A stretch of 50,133 nucleotides of DNA, from assembly GCA_020056305.1 (NCBI GenBank), contig JAGVIA010000016.1, positions 1-50,133 on the forward strand, read 5' to 3'. Under the pieces are notes generated by a model. The model ran no database searches. It worked only from the letters and a program-made list of their open reading frames with translations, and had not been told where the DNA came from. Below are positions 1-8,868 of this stretch, in pieces. Positions within the stretch are counted from its first letter, which is position 1; each line of letters starts with the position of its first letter. This DNA comes from an archaeon (GTDB lineage Archaea > Micrarchaeota > Micrarchaeia > Anstonellales > Anstonellaceae). The position numbers and the translations under genes are program-made.

Positions 1-117
1 GCAAGGGGTCGAAGACTCCGACTGAGGCTTTATTCTCACAAAAGTCGTAAGCAGCTTTCCCTAAGAAGAAGCTTCAGAGGCAATTTGCAACAGGCTCTCC
101 TATCTGCCCCTAATACC

Positions 118-127
118 TATAAAAATA
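118..127 (+). promoter_or_regulatory. Candidate archaeal TATA box for rtcA; implies a leaderless or near-leaderless transcript
   Basis: The sequence tataaaaata is centred about 27 nt upstream of the ATG at 149. No Shine-Dalgarno-like purine run lies between them. Confidence 0.4.
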
Positions 128-148
128 CTATCCCGTGCAAAGAGCATA

Positions 149-1189
149 ATGCTCCAAATCGACGGCTCGCAGGGCGAAGGCGGCGGGCAAATCCTTCGCA
201 CCGCACTATCCCTATCCTGCATTACCCACATGCCCCTCCACATTTCAAACATCCGTGCAAACCGCCCAAACACGGGGCTTGCCCGCCAGCACGTTGCAGT
301 CTGCAACGCGCTTGCAAAAATCACAAATGCAAAAACCACGCATTTGGAAGTCGGCAGCACCGAGCTTGAATTAGTGCCTGGCAAAATCTCCGGAGGCAGC
401 TACGAATTCGACATAGGCAGCGCAGGCTCAACAACGCTTCTTGCGCAAGCGCTGCTCCCGGTTCTTTTTTTCGCAGACGGCCCCTCGAAGCTTGTGCTGC
501 ATGGCGGCACGCATGTGATGGCATCGCCAACATTCGATTATTTCAAGCATGTCTTTCTGCCTGCAATATCAAAATTCGGCGCGCATGCAACTGCAAAAAT
601 TCTCTCACCTGGCTTCTACCCAAAAGGAGGGGGAAAAATAGAAATCGAAATTAGCCCGGCAAGATTATCCCCCGCGTCGTTTACTTCCTCCCCGGTGAAA
701 ACACAAAACAGCAAAACAGGTGGCTCTGCCTCATCTGTTGCCGAATCCCTGCCGCCAATCGGCGCATCAATCGTTTCCTGCAGCCTTCCAAATGAGGTCG
801 CAAGCCGCGCTTGCGCATCCCTTCTCTCAAAATTCCCAAACGCGCAAATCAAATCTTTAGTTTCAACTGGCCATTCACCTGGCTTTGCAGTCACATTGCA
901 CTCTGGTTTCATTGGCGCATCCGCATTGGGCAGGCGCGGTGTGCCTGTAGAGCAAATAGTAGGCGAGGCAGCAAACATTTTCAATGGGCAACTCTCTTCC
1001 GGCACAGCAACCGACGCCCATCTTGCCGACCAGCTGCCATTGTACATGGCGCTTTCCGGCGGGCAATGCAGCTTAATAACAAATGAGCCCACAAGCCACC
1101 TGCATACAAACATTGCAATAATCGAAAAATTCCTGCCTGCAAAATTTCAAACTGAAAAAGAAGGGGCATGCACAAAAATATCAACGTGA
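149..1189 (+). CDS. rtcA: RNA 3'-terminal phosphate cyclase
   Basis: 346-aa ORF. The N-terminus MLQIDGSQGEGGGQILRTALSLS...NIRANRPNTGL is the typical RtcA signature. A C-terminal TSHLHTNI region contains the adenylylated-His context. Confidence 0.9.
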   Translation: MLQIDGSQGEGGGQILRTALSLSCITHMPLHISNIRANRPNTGLARQHVAVCNALAKITNAKTTHLEVGSTELELVPGKISGGSYEFDIGSAGSTTLLAQALLPVLFFADGPSKLVLHGGTHVMASPTFDYFKHVFLPAISKFGAHATAKILSPGFYPKGGGKIEIEISPARLSPASFTSSPVKTQNSKTGGSASSVAESLPPIGASIVSCSLPNEVASRACASLLSKFPNAQIKSLVSTGHSPGFAVTLHSGFIGASALGRRGVPVEQIVGEAANIFNGQLSSGTATDAHLADQLPLYMALSGGQCSLITNEPTSHLHTNIAIIEKFLPAKFQTEKEGACTKIST

Positions 1190-1201
1190 CGCGGTGTTTA
1201 T

Positions 1202-1825
1202 ATGGTCAACGTCGCACTCCTGGATTCTCCAGGCGTAATACTTGCGCTTCTGCTTGCCTGCATAGTTCTTGTTTTCGGCCCGCCGGCGCTATTCCTCCTC
1301 ATGCTCATTTTCCTTGCGGCAAGCGTTTCCGTCACAAAATATGGCTACTCTGAAAAGCGCGAGCTTGGCCTCTATGAGCATGAGCGCTCCTGGGAAAACG
1401 TGCTTGCAAACGGCATAGTGCCCGCGCTTTGCGCAATCATAAGCCCGCAAATAGGCGTCGGCGCCTACATGGGCGCGCTTGCGGCAATCACTGCAGACAA
1501 ATTTGCATCCGAGCTAGGCGTGCTTGGCGGCGAGCCGGTCTCACTTATGAATTTCAAGCCGGCAAAGCGCGGCACATCGGGCGCAGTCACTGTCTTTGGC
1601 ACTCTCATGTCATTTGACGGCGCCTTGGTAATCGGCGCAGCGGCATTTTTCCTCCTGCCCGGATTTGATTTCTGGAAAATCGTCCTGGTGGGCGCCATCG
1701 GGCTTGTGGGGAGCATCGGCGACAGCATAATTGGCGTGCTCGAAGAAAGGGGCATTGGAAGCAAGGCAATCACAAATGCGCTCTGCGCGCTCATCGGCGC
1801 TGTTCTTGGGTTCGCATTTCTCTAA
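1202..1825 (+). CDS. DUF92/TMEM19-family integral membrane protein
   Basis: 207-aa multi-pass hydrophobic ORF. It has SGAVTVFGTLMS and GDSIIGVLEERG motifs of the kind seen in DUF92 proteins. It follows rtcA closely. Confidence 0.7.
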   Translation: MVNVALLDSPGVILALLLACIVLVFGPPALFLLMLIFLAASVSVTKYGYSEKRELGLYEHERSWENVLANGIVPALCAIISPQIGVGAYMGALAAITADKFASELGVLGGEPVSLMNFKPAKRGTSGAVTVFGTLMSFDGALVIGAAAFFLLPGFDFWKIVLVGAIGLVGSIGDSIIGVLEERGIGSKAITNALCALIGAVLGFAFL

Positions 1826-1987
1826 TATGGCGACCCATGCGCCGCCCGCCAATCCAGTGGATATAAATTCTCTTCGCGCCCGCTTCTCCTGCATCTGCGG
1901 TTTTTGTTGGGAAAATCGGCGTGCAAGCTCCTGCGCAAAATTTAAAACAGTTGTTCATGAATAGAAAAGCCCAAGGTTGGTTGAGTT

Positions 1988-2635
1988 ATGGGCCTGGCAT
2001 CTGACGAGAAGACAATGCAGCTTCGCGACATTGTTCCTGAATATTGCTCTTCGTGCTTCTTAGTCAAAACGCTGTTTTGGGACAGGATAAAATACTCGAT
2101 TGCACTTGGCGAAATATCAGATGACCACAAAATACTTGATGTTGGTTGCGGCATTGGGCATCTGTTTAGCGAGATAAGAAAAACAAACCAAAAGTGCCGT
2201 TTGATCGGCATTGATTTCAATACCAATCTAAACTCTCTCCATGTTGCCGACTGTGAATTCCGGGTAGAGGATGTTCGGCGCCTCTCCTTCAAAGACAACT
2301 CATTTGATACGGTTTTTGCCCTGGACAGCCTGGAGCACATTAAGGATGTTGAAAATGCAATCGGTGAAATCAGGCGGGTCCTGCGGCCAGGGGGGAAATT
2401 CATAATTACCGGGCCGACCGAGTCTGTTTTTTATAAATTCTGCAGATTTTTGATTAAAGGCACATTCTCTGAGAAGGAAGGGCCTGGGACGGGTGTGCAT
2501 TACCATAATATCCTCACCATTGACGCAAAGATCGAAAAACTGGGGTTCGATAGGGAAAAATGCATCTGCCTGCCAAGGCATTCCCCGCTTGTATTGGAGA
2601 AGGCTATAAGATACCGCAATAACAAATTTTTCTAA
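1988..2635 (+). CDS. Class I SAM-dependent methyltransferase
   Basis: 215-aa ORF with motif I (ILDVGCGIGHL) and the post-I/II pattern (FDTVFALDSLEHI ... LRPGGKFII). Confidence 0.8.
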   Translation: MGLASDEKTMQLRDIVPEYCSSCFLVKTLFWDRIKYSIALGEISDDHKILDVGCGIGHLFSEIRKTNQKCRLIGIDFNTNLNSLHVADCEFRVEDVRRLSFKDNSFDTVFALDSLEHIKDVENAIGEIRRVLRPGGKFIITGPTESVFYKFCRFLIKGTFSEKEGPGTGVHYHNILTIDAKIEKLGFDREKCICLPRHSPLVLEKAIRYRNNKFF

Positions 2636-2663
2636 GATTTTTTAGCATGCAGTTTGGAAGCAT

Positions 2664-3347
2664 TTGAAAAATGGATGTGATTTGCTGGAACGTGTGGTGG
2701 CGGTGATGATGGCGCTTAACGAAGCGCCTGCCCTTCCCCTAGTGCTTGCTGGCCTGCGCGAGGCAAACGTCAGGCAGATCGTTCTCGTTGATGGCAATAG
2801 CACGGATGCGACTCCGGATATTGCAAGGGGCGCAGGCTGCACCGTGATTGCCCAGGAAGGGAAAGGAAAGGGGATGGCGTTCCGCACTTTCTTGGAGACA
2901 TACCCAATTGATCCGAATGCCCGCTACGTCATGCTGGACGCCGATGCGACATATGACCCCAAAGACGTTCCCAGGCTCGCAGAAAAGCTCGAAGAATATG
3001 ATATTGTCACCGGCCACCGCGCAACAGCTCACCTGATTCCAAACAATCTTACCCATTTTTTTGGGAACAAGCTAATCTCACTTGCGGCATTCCTCCTTTT
3101 CTGGCGCTGGAACCCGGACATATGCACGGGCTATTGGGCTTTCCGCGGTTCCGCCCTAAAAAAAATGCGCATCGATGCAACTCGCTTTGACCTAGAGGCG
3201 GATCTTTTCGCGCAGGCATGCAAAAAACACCTTTCGATGGGCATGGTAGACGTAATGTACGGCCCGCGGCTGGGGGAAAGGAAGCTGCGCAGCATAGACG
3301 CGCTGCACATCGTCTGGCGGCTCTTCTTTGAAAGATTTTCGGGCTGA
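2664..3347 (+). CDS. Family 2 glycosyltransferase (dolichyl-phosphate sugar synthase-like)
   Basis: 227-aa ORF with a GT-A pattern: VVAVMMALNEAP, VDGNSTD, and the DxD-like MLDADATYDP. The start is uncertain; the track start at 2664 is TTG. Confidence 0.8.
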   Translation: MKNGCDLLERVVAVMMALNEAPALPLVLAGLREANVRQIVLVDGNSTDATPDIARGAGCTVIAQEGKGKGMAFRTFLETYPIDPNARYVMLDADATYDPKDVPRLAEKLEEYDIVTGHRATAHLIPNNLTHFFGNKLISLAAFLLFWRWNPDICTGYWAFRGSALKKMRIDATRFDLEADLFAQACKKHLSMGMVDVMYGPRLGERKLRSIDALHIVWRLFFERFSG

Positions 3348-3361
3348 TGGGGCGGTTTTGT

Positions 3362-5179
3362 TCAATTGACTTTTAGCAGGACCAGAATGAAATCCTGGCC
3401 CTGTGAGGAATTGTACACGGAGAAGAGCTCCTGCGGAATCGCATTGAGCCGTTCCTGCGCCTCGGACTGGGGGTGGGCCGTGAAACAATAAGTGTCAAGC
3501 ATCACATACCCGTAACCGCGTTTTTTTAGGAATTCGTGGATTTCCGGCCATGTTTTTGACCAAGCAGCCCGCTTAAAGTCGGCATATTCCCTGGCAAATG
3601 GCTCTGCAAACATGTCAAAGGCCAGGACCTTGTTATCCGAGGAGCAGAGGGGGAATATCTTCGTGTTTTTCGGAAGGGCGTTCATCTGGCTGACAAATGC
3701 GTTCGCATCGTTGGCGGAAACAAACTCCACGCCAGGGGGCCAGTAGGAGGTCTGGACCGCATACTTCGCCTGCGCAGAAGTGAGCATGATGCCAACGAAT
3801 ATGGCGATAGCCGCCCCATAACGGAATTCGCGGGTTGAAAAGCGGGCAAGCATCCCTCTAATTGCAAACGCGCAAAAAATTGCAACTGGAATGGAAAGGA
3901 AGACCCAGAAGCGGTGCGGGAACAGTTTAAACGGAAGTGCGTTGCCTTGCGTGCCAAGGATTGCAAAAACCAGCCAGATGGCAGAGACTGCAAGATAAGT
4001 TTCCTCCGGCTGCAGGCGCTTCCGTATTTTCCACAAGCATGCAAAAAACCCGGCAATTGTCAATCCGGCAACAACCCAGCCTATGCCGGTTTCCTGGTCC
4101 ATCTTGCTGTACGGGAGCGGGAAAAGAAAGTCGTCAAGGGTGTAAATCACCCCGCCCGAGGTATCTGACATCCTATCCATGAACGTGCCGCTAAACGAGT
4201 AGAGGCCTATGCCATCAAGCGTTTTTTCACCGTATTTTAGATAGGTGGGAATCCAGTAAAGAGCAGTAGTGAGAATGATGCCCCCTACCCCGAATGCAAT
4301 GACTGGCCTAAGCAGTTTTCTGTCTTCCAGTACCCTGGCGGCTGCGGATATCCCTATCATTATGCACATTATTGCTGCGACTGATGGCTGCGCCACGACT
4401 AGCGCCGCCATTGCCACGGCAAACAAGTACTCGTATCTCTTCCCCTCGCCAATCTTCGCAAGCGCGTAGAGCGCCACGAACGACACTGCCATGGCAAGAG
4501 TCTGCGACCATATGAAGTGGGACATGAAAGACGGGAGGGCCGCAAGCACAAAAACCGAGTACAACCCGAGTTCCTGGCTTTTTGTGAATGCCTGGACAAA
4601 GTAGAACGCGAAGATGAGCACAAGCGATATCATGACTACGTTAAGCGCTTTTAGGGTCTCTATAACCGGGCTTCCAAACTGGTGCGCCATCGCCATCAAT
4701 ATGTCATACGTGGGCGGGTAAGGCTCAATGTAATAGCGCACGAAATTCTCCCTGTCAAAGTACCTGCTTGCCGTCTGCGTTTGCGCCACGTATTTGACCG
4801 CCGCCGCATGGACCCAGGGGTCGTCATCCTCAAGATATGGATACTTGAACGCGCCGTCATAATAGACCCAGAGATGGGCAATGGCGATTGCAACTACGAG
4901 CACCAGGAAAATCTCCTTGCGGAATTCGAATTTCGGAATCGAGAGGACATCCCGCTCGCCCTTGATGATGGCATACGCGGGATAGGCAAGTGCTAAGAGA
5001 AGGAATATCCACCAGGTAAGCGGAATGCCGGCCAGATTGAGCGCCACCGCAAGGACGCAAAATGCCGCCATGCCCGCGCCGATTGTCATGAGATTTTTTT
5101 CTTTGGTTATGGCAAACCCTAGGCCAAACATCGTTGCGAAAAACCACAGGATTGAAAGAGCCAAAGAAAGCGCCAACAC
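3362..5179 (-). CDS. GT-C fold (PMT/ArnT-like) membrane glycosyltransferase
   Basis: 605-aa ORF with more than 10 predicted TM helices. An acidic first-loop motif (YLEDDDPWVH) and a C-terminal soluble domain are present. No WWDYG motif was seen, so I do not call it AglB. The start codon at 5179 is GTG. Confidence 0.6.
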   Translation of the reverse strand: MLALSLALSILWFFATMFGLGFAITKEKNLMTIGAGMAAFCVLAVALNLAGIPLTWWIFLLLALAYPAYAIIKGERDVLSIPKFEFRKEIFLVLVVAIAIAHLWVYYDGAFKYPYLEDDDPWVHAAAVKYVAQTQTASRYFDRENFVRYYIEPYPPTYDILMAMAHQFGSPVIETLKALNVVMISLVLIFAFYFVQAFTKSQELGLYSVFVLAALPSFMSHFIWSQTLAMAVSFVALYALAKIGEGKRYEYLFAVAMAALVVAQPSVAAIMCIMIGISAAARVLEDRKLLRPVIAFGVGGIILTTALYWIPTYLKYGEKTLDGIGLYSFSGTFMDRMSDTSGGVIYTLDDFLFPLPYSKMDQETGIGWVVAGLTIAGFFACLWKIRKRLQPEETYLAVSAIWLVFAILGTQGNALPFKLFPHRFWVFLSIPVAIFCAFAIRGMLARFSTREFRYGAAIAIFVGIMLTSAQAKYAVQTSYWPPGVEFVSANDANAFVSQMNALPKNTKIFPLCSSDNKVLAFDMFAEPFAREYADFKRAAWSKTWPEIHEFLKKRGYGYVMLDTYCFTAHPQSEAQERLNAIPQELFSVYNSSQGQDFILVLLKVN

Positions 5180-5335
5180 AACACCGTTTCCATTTCTTGC
5201 CCAACTTTAATAATGTGCGCGGCTGGCTTTTGCTTGAAAAAACCACGTCCATCTGCTGCAAAAATAAGCGCAGGCAATGCCCGTTGGTTCGTTGTTTTTT
5301 GCCGTCTAGCCCGGTTCGATGGCACGGCACCGCCC

Positions 5336-5497
5336 CTAAATGAATGGATAGATGAGCGGGCCAAGAGGGGTTGCGCTCCCGAGGAAGACAATGAGGCCCA
5401 GCAATAGCAGCATGATGATTAGGGGCAGCAGCCAGTACTTCTTCTTGGCAATAAGGAGGCGGAAGATGTCCCTCACCACGCCCAATCGTTCGAACAT
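5336..5497 (-). CDS. DUF5989-like small membrane protein
   Basis: The internal Met gives the 53-aa protein MFERLGVVRDIFRLLIAKKKYWLLPLIIMLLLLGLIVFLGSATPLGPLIYPFI. This matches the DUF5989 pattern (KKKxWLLP ... P.IY.F). The longer track ORF, up to 5632, overlaps the upstream gene. Confidence 0.6.
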   Translation of the reverse strand: MFERLGVVRDIFRLLIAKKKYWLLPLIIMLLLLGLIVFLGSATPLGPLIYPFI

Positions 5498-5576
5498 GGG
5501 ACTATTTTTGGACAGGATGATAAAAACATTTGCATGCCGCTCACGCGCTTTGGGGTGTTCTTCTGCCCGCAATCGT

Positions 5577-6557
5577 TCACACCCTAACGTACAATGCAAG
5601 CGCAACCGCGGCGAAAATGCACTCTGTCGCAATCAGGGCAAGCACAAGCCCCTTCTCGCTTATGCCCCCGGATAGCTTCATCACGTACTGCACCACACCC
5701 GCCGGCCGCTTGTCGCAATACAACTTGCCATTGCGCAGCGTGCCAAATGTCTTTGGAAACCCATTTGCCGCTTTAATGAAAAAGTCTGCGATATACGGCA
5801 GCATAATTATCACACCGGCGCTCTCATAGCTTCCGGTTATCACCGCAGCCGCCACCCCTGCGCCAATCACAAGAGTGCCAACATCGCCTGGAAACGCCCT
5901 TGCAGGCGCCCAGTTGAATATGAGAAAGCCGCAAAGCGCTCCAAGCATGGAAAGCGAAATCACCGCCATGTCCGGTTGGTTTGCAAAAAACGCAATGAGC
6001 GAAAGCGCGGCAAACATGACTATTCCCATGCCCGCCTCAAGCCCATTGAAGCCGGCAAGCATGTTTGTCAGATTCGAACACACCGTGACTGCAAGGGGCA
6101 CCAGCAAGACGAGGTAGAATCCACCGAAATCAACCACGCCCAAAAACGGGAGCGTCATAGCAGTGCTTCCCGCAGACTGCACTGCAGCAAGCGGAATTGC
6201 CGAAACAATGGGCAAAAGCGCCTTTGTGCGCTGGCTCATGTCAAACAAATCATCGAAAATCCCAATAAGCGCAATTATGAGCATTGTGGTGAGCGTTGCC
6301 ATGAGAACAGGCACATTTATCCCAAGCCCAAGCTCTTTTTCAAAAAAAGTGTGCGCACCAATCACAAGCAGGAGCGCACCGACTGCGCCCATCACGATTG
6401 AGATGCCACCCATCTCCGGGATTTGGGGCGAGCCTGCCTTGTGCATGTCTTTCTCTGTTATGCCTGCAGCCCGCAGTTTCTCAATCAGCTTCGGGAGCGA
6501 AAGTGCGGCTATTGCAAATGCTGGCAGCACGGCGAATAGCACGTATGGCGGGAGCAT
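5577..6557 (-). CDS. UDP-GlcNAc:dolichyl-phosphate GlcNAc-1-phosphate transferase (MraY/WecA/AglH family, GT4)
   Basis: 326-aa polytopic ORF with family motifs IGIFDDLFD, NLTNMLAGFNGLEAG and FPGDVGTL. Confidence 0.85.
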   Translation of the reverse strand: MLPPYVLFAVLPAFAIAALSLPKLIEKLRAAGITEKDMHKAGSPQIPEMGGISIVMGAVGALLLVIGAHTFFEKELGLGINVPVLMATLTTMLIIALIGIFDDLFDMSQRTKALLPIVSAIPLAAVQSAGSTAMTLPFLGVVDFGGFYLVLLVPLAVTVCSNLTNMLAGFNGLEAGMGIVMFAALSLIAFFANQPDMAVISLSMLGALCGFLIFNWAPARAFPGDVGTLVIGAGVAAAVITGSYESAGVIIMLPYIADFFIKAANGFPKTFGTLRNGKLYCDKRPAGVVQYVMKLSGGISEKGLVLALIATECIFAAVALALYVRV

Positions 6558-6643
6558 GCGGAAATTTCCGTTCCAAGATTAATAAGAATGCGCTTTGTTT
6601 TAGTTTTTTAAGCATATTGCACTCAAATCAGTGGTGGGTTAAT

Positions 6644-7546
6644 TTGAGCGATCTTATTTCAATGCGCGACCTGTCGCGAAACGATGTTGAAGCCTATTTG
6701 CGCCATGCGGAGAAAATGGAAAAGTCACTCCGGTCAAGTTCTCCGCCCAAGCCACGCAACAAGATTGTTGCGACGATGTTTTTCGAGCCTTCCACACGCA
6801 CCCACATGTCATTTTGGGCAGCTGCCGAGAGGCTTGGCTGCCGAGCGATTTCGCTCTCCGGCGACAAGAGCTCATCTGCCAAGGGCGAGACCCTCTCGGA
6901 CACCGTGCGCATAATGTCCGGCTATGCAGACGTGCTCGTGCTCCGCCATCCACTTGAAGGCGCAGCCCGCCTTGCAGCAGACGTGTCTTCAGTGCCGGTC
7001 GTAAATGCCGGCGATGGCGGAAACCAGCACCCCACCCAGACGCTAATAGATCTCTACTCCATCCTGCGCCTCAAGAAGAAAATCTCAGGCCTCTCTGTGC
7101 ATCTTGTGGGCGATTTGCGACATGCGCGCGCAATGCGCTCGCTTCTCTACGGGCTCTCGATGTTTGGCGCGAAAATAACGCTCTGCTCGCCAAAAGCGCT
7201 TGCGATGTCCGATGAGGTGGTGCGCGAGGTGCAGGAAAAATTCTCCCCGAGCATCCGCACGACACACGAAATAAATTTGCGCGACTGTGATGTCCTCTAT
7301 GTCTGCCGGATACAAAAGGAGCGCTTCGAGGACCAGTATGAGGCCGCGCGCCTCCAGGACGAATTCCGCATCACAAAAGAGCAGATTTCCGCGGCGCCTG
7401 ACGACCTTGCAATCCTGCACCCGCTCCCCAAAATCGACGAGCTTCCAGCAGATTATGACTCTGACCCGCATGCGAAATATTTTCAGCAGGCATCCTGGGG
7501 AGTTCCAGTCAGAATGGCAGTGCTTGACAGAGTAATGGGGGTTTGA
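6644..7546 (+). CDS. pyrB: Aspartate carbamoyltransferase catalytic subunit
   Basis: Motifs FFEPSTRTHMSF, HPTQ and HPLP(K) are present. The track ORF starts at TTG 6398 and overlaps the opposite-strand gene. An in-frame TTG at 6644 (SDLISMRDLSRND) or the ATG at 6662 fits canonical PyrB N-termini. Confidence 0.9.
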   Translation: MSDLISMRDLSRNDVEAYLRHAEKMEKSLRSSSPPKPRNKIVATMFFEPSTRTHMSFWAAAERLGCRAISLSGDKSSSAKGETLSDTVRIMSGYADVLVLRHPLEGAARLAADVSSVPVVNAGDGGNQHPTQTLIDLYSILRLKKKISGLSVHLVGDLRHARAMRSLLYGLSMFGAKITLCSPKALAMSDEVVREVQEKFSPSIRTTHEINLRDCDVLYVCRIQKERFEDQYEAARLQDEFRITKEQISAAPDDLAILHPLPKIDELPADYDSDPHAKYFQQASWGVPVRMAVLDRVMGV

Positions 7547-7548
7547 TT

Positions 7549-7989
7549 ATGCCGCTTACCGTGCAAAAAATCTCAAATGGAACCGTAATAGACCACATAA
7601 GCGCCGGCCGCGGCTTTCTTGTGATGCGCATCCTTGGCATTGCCGAATCCTACTCGGACCGCGTCGCCCTTCTCACAAACGTCCCAAGCAAGGCGATGGG
7701 CAAGAAGGACATCATAAAAATCGAAGGCAGGCTCATTGACAAGAAAACTGCGGACAGGATTGCGCTTCTTGCCCCGCAGGCTACGATAAACCACATCTCA
7801 AATGCAAACATCGTCTCAAAAAAGCTGGTTGAAATACCGTCGCAAATTGACGGCATCTTCAAATGCCCGAATCCCAAGTGCATAACGAATGCGGAGCGCG
7901 TTACGACCAATTTTGCCGTGGAGAAAAACCAGAAGCTGCGCTGCCACCACTGCGAGCGCCTGTTTGCGGCAGAAGAGCTGGTGGCGTGA
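7549..7989 (+). CDS. pyrI: Aspartate carbamoyltransferase regulatory subunit
   Basis: The protein begins MPLTVQKISNGTVIDHI and carries a C-terminal four-Cys zinc site (CPNPKC...CHHC). A gggggt SD-like run lies 8 nt upstream of the ATG at 7549. The gene abuts the pyrB stop. Confidence 0.9.
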   Translation: MPLTVQKISNGTVIDHISAGRGFLVMRILGIAESYSDRVALLTNVPSKAMGKKDIIKIEGRLIDKKTADRIALLAPQATINHISNANIVSKKLVEIPSQIDGIFKCPNPKCITNAERVTTNFAVEKNQKLRCHHCERLFAAEELVA

Positions 7990-8459
7990 GAAAAAGCATT
8001 GCACTCGTTGCAGTCCTTTCCGTGCTTGTTGCCATCTTTTTATTTTTCTCCTATGCGGGCAGTTCTCACAATCAAACGATGGCAAAATATTCCACTATAA
8101 TATTCGAAAACGGGGCAAACCTCACTGCAGAAATAGCTCAAACGCCCTCGGAGGTTGGGCAAGGCCTGATGTTCCGCGAGTCTCTTTGCGAAGGCTGCGG
8201 CATGCTGTTTGTTTTTCCTCGAGAAGGGGCCTGCGGCTTCTGGATGAAAAATACCCTCATCCCCCTCGACATAATATTCCTCTCCTCAAACAAAACAGTC
8301 ATTGACATGAAGGAAAATTTTGCGCCCTGCAAAACTGCCGAGTGCAATACATACGCCTCATCTGCCCCCTGCGCATATGCAATTGAGGCAAATGCCGGTT
8401 TTGCAAAGCAAAACAAAATAAGCTCAGGGCAGCAAGTAGCGATACGGTGGCTTGAATGA
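7986..8459 (+). CDS. DUF192 domain protein with an N-terminal membrane or signal segment
   Basis: A GTG at 7986 overlaps the pyrI stop. A hydrophobic N-terminus (IALVAVLSVLVAIFLFF) is followed by DUF192-like GLMFRESL...GMLFVF...FWMKNTLIPLDIIF. Confidence 0.7.
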   Translation: MRKSIALVAVLSVLVAIFLFFSYAGSSHNQTMAKYSTIIFENGANLTAEIAQTPSEVGQGLMFRESLCEGCGMLFVFPREGACGFWMKNTLIPLDIIFLSSNKTVIDMKENFAPCKTAECNTYASSAPCAYAIEANAGFAKQNKISSGQQVAIRWLE

Positions 8460-8800
8460 AAAATCTCATTATACGCCAGAAGTCCTCTGCAGTTCTCCTG
8501 CTTCTGCGCGACAATTCGCAGAAATGGTATCCGTCAAAGCTTGCAAAGCTCTCCGGCGTCTCCTATCTTTACGTCACGATGCTGCTTTCAAAATTCCAGG
8601 CGGCTGGCTGGGCTGATGCAAAAAAAGAGGGGCGCACAAAATACTTCTCCCTTACGGATAACGGCCTTGCAGTGGCATCCGCCCTCGACGCGCTCCAAAA
8701 AAAGCTCGAGTTGAAAAAAGAGGAAGCGGCGCCTGCAAAAACAGAGCAGGCTTCAAAATCAGACTCCCAGCCAGCAACTCCGGCGCAAAAGGCAGGTTAG
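8456..8800 (+). CDS. Small winged-helix DNA-binding protein (ArsR/MarR-like)
   Basis: 114-aa ORF overlapping the previous stop by 4 nt. It has an HTH-like PSKLAKLSGVSYLYVTMLLSKFQAAGW followed by a wing (KKEGRTKYFSLT). Confidence 0.55.
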   Translation: MKNLIIRQKSSAVLLLLRDNSQKWYPSKLAKLSGVSYLYVTMLLSKFQAAGWADAKKEGRTKYFSLTDNGLAVASALDALQKKLELKKEEAAPAKTEQASKSDSQPATPAQKAG

Positions 8801-8868
8801 CGGCAGCAAAACAGGCGCTCTTCTTCCGCATCAGCGCAAACAGGATATAACCTGCGCCGATATGCCAT

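Noticed and set aside
1-60. The sequence gcaaggggtcgaagactccg at the window start looked superficially like the 3' part of a tRNA (TCGAA loop).
   Set aside because: The flanking bases do not form a T-stem, and no CCA-proximal acceptor strand follows. The element is truncated by the window edge, so it cannot be evaluated.
6398-6643. The track extends pyrB upstream from a TTG at 6398.
   Set aside because: The extension overlaps the AglH-like gene on the opposite strand by 160 nt and has an implausible composition. Canonical PyrB N-termini align with the TTG at 6644 or the ATG at 6662.
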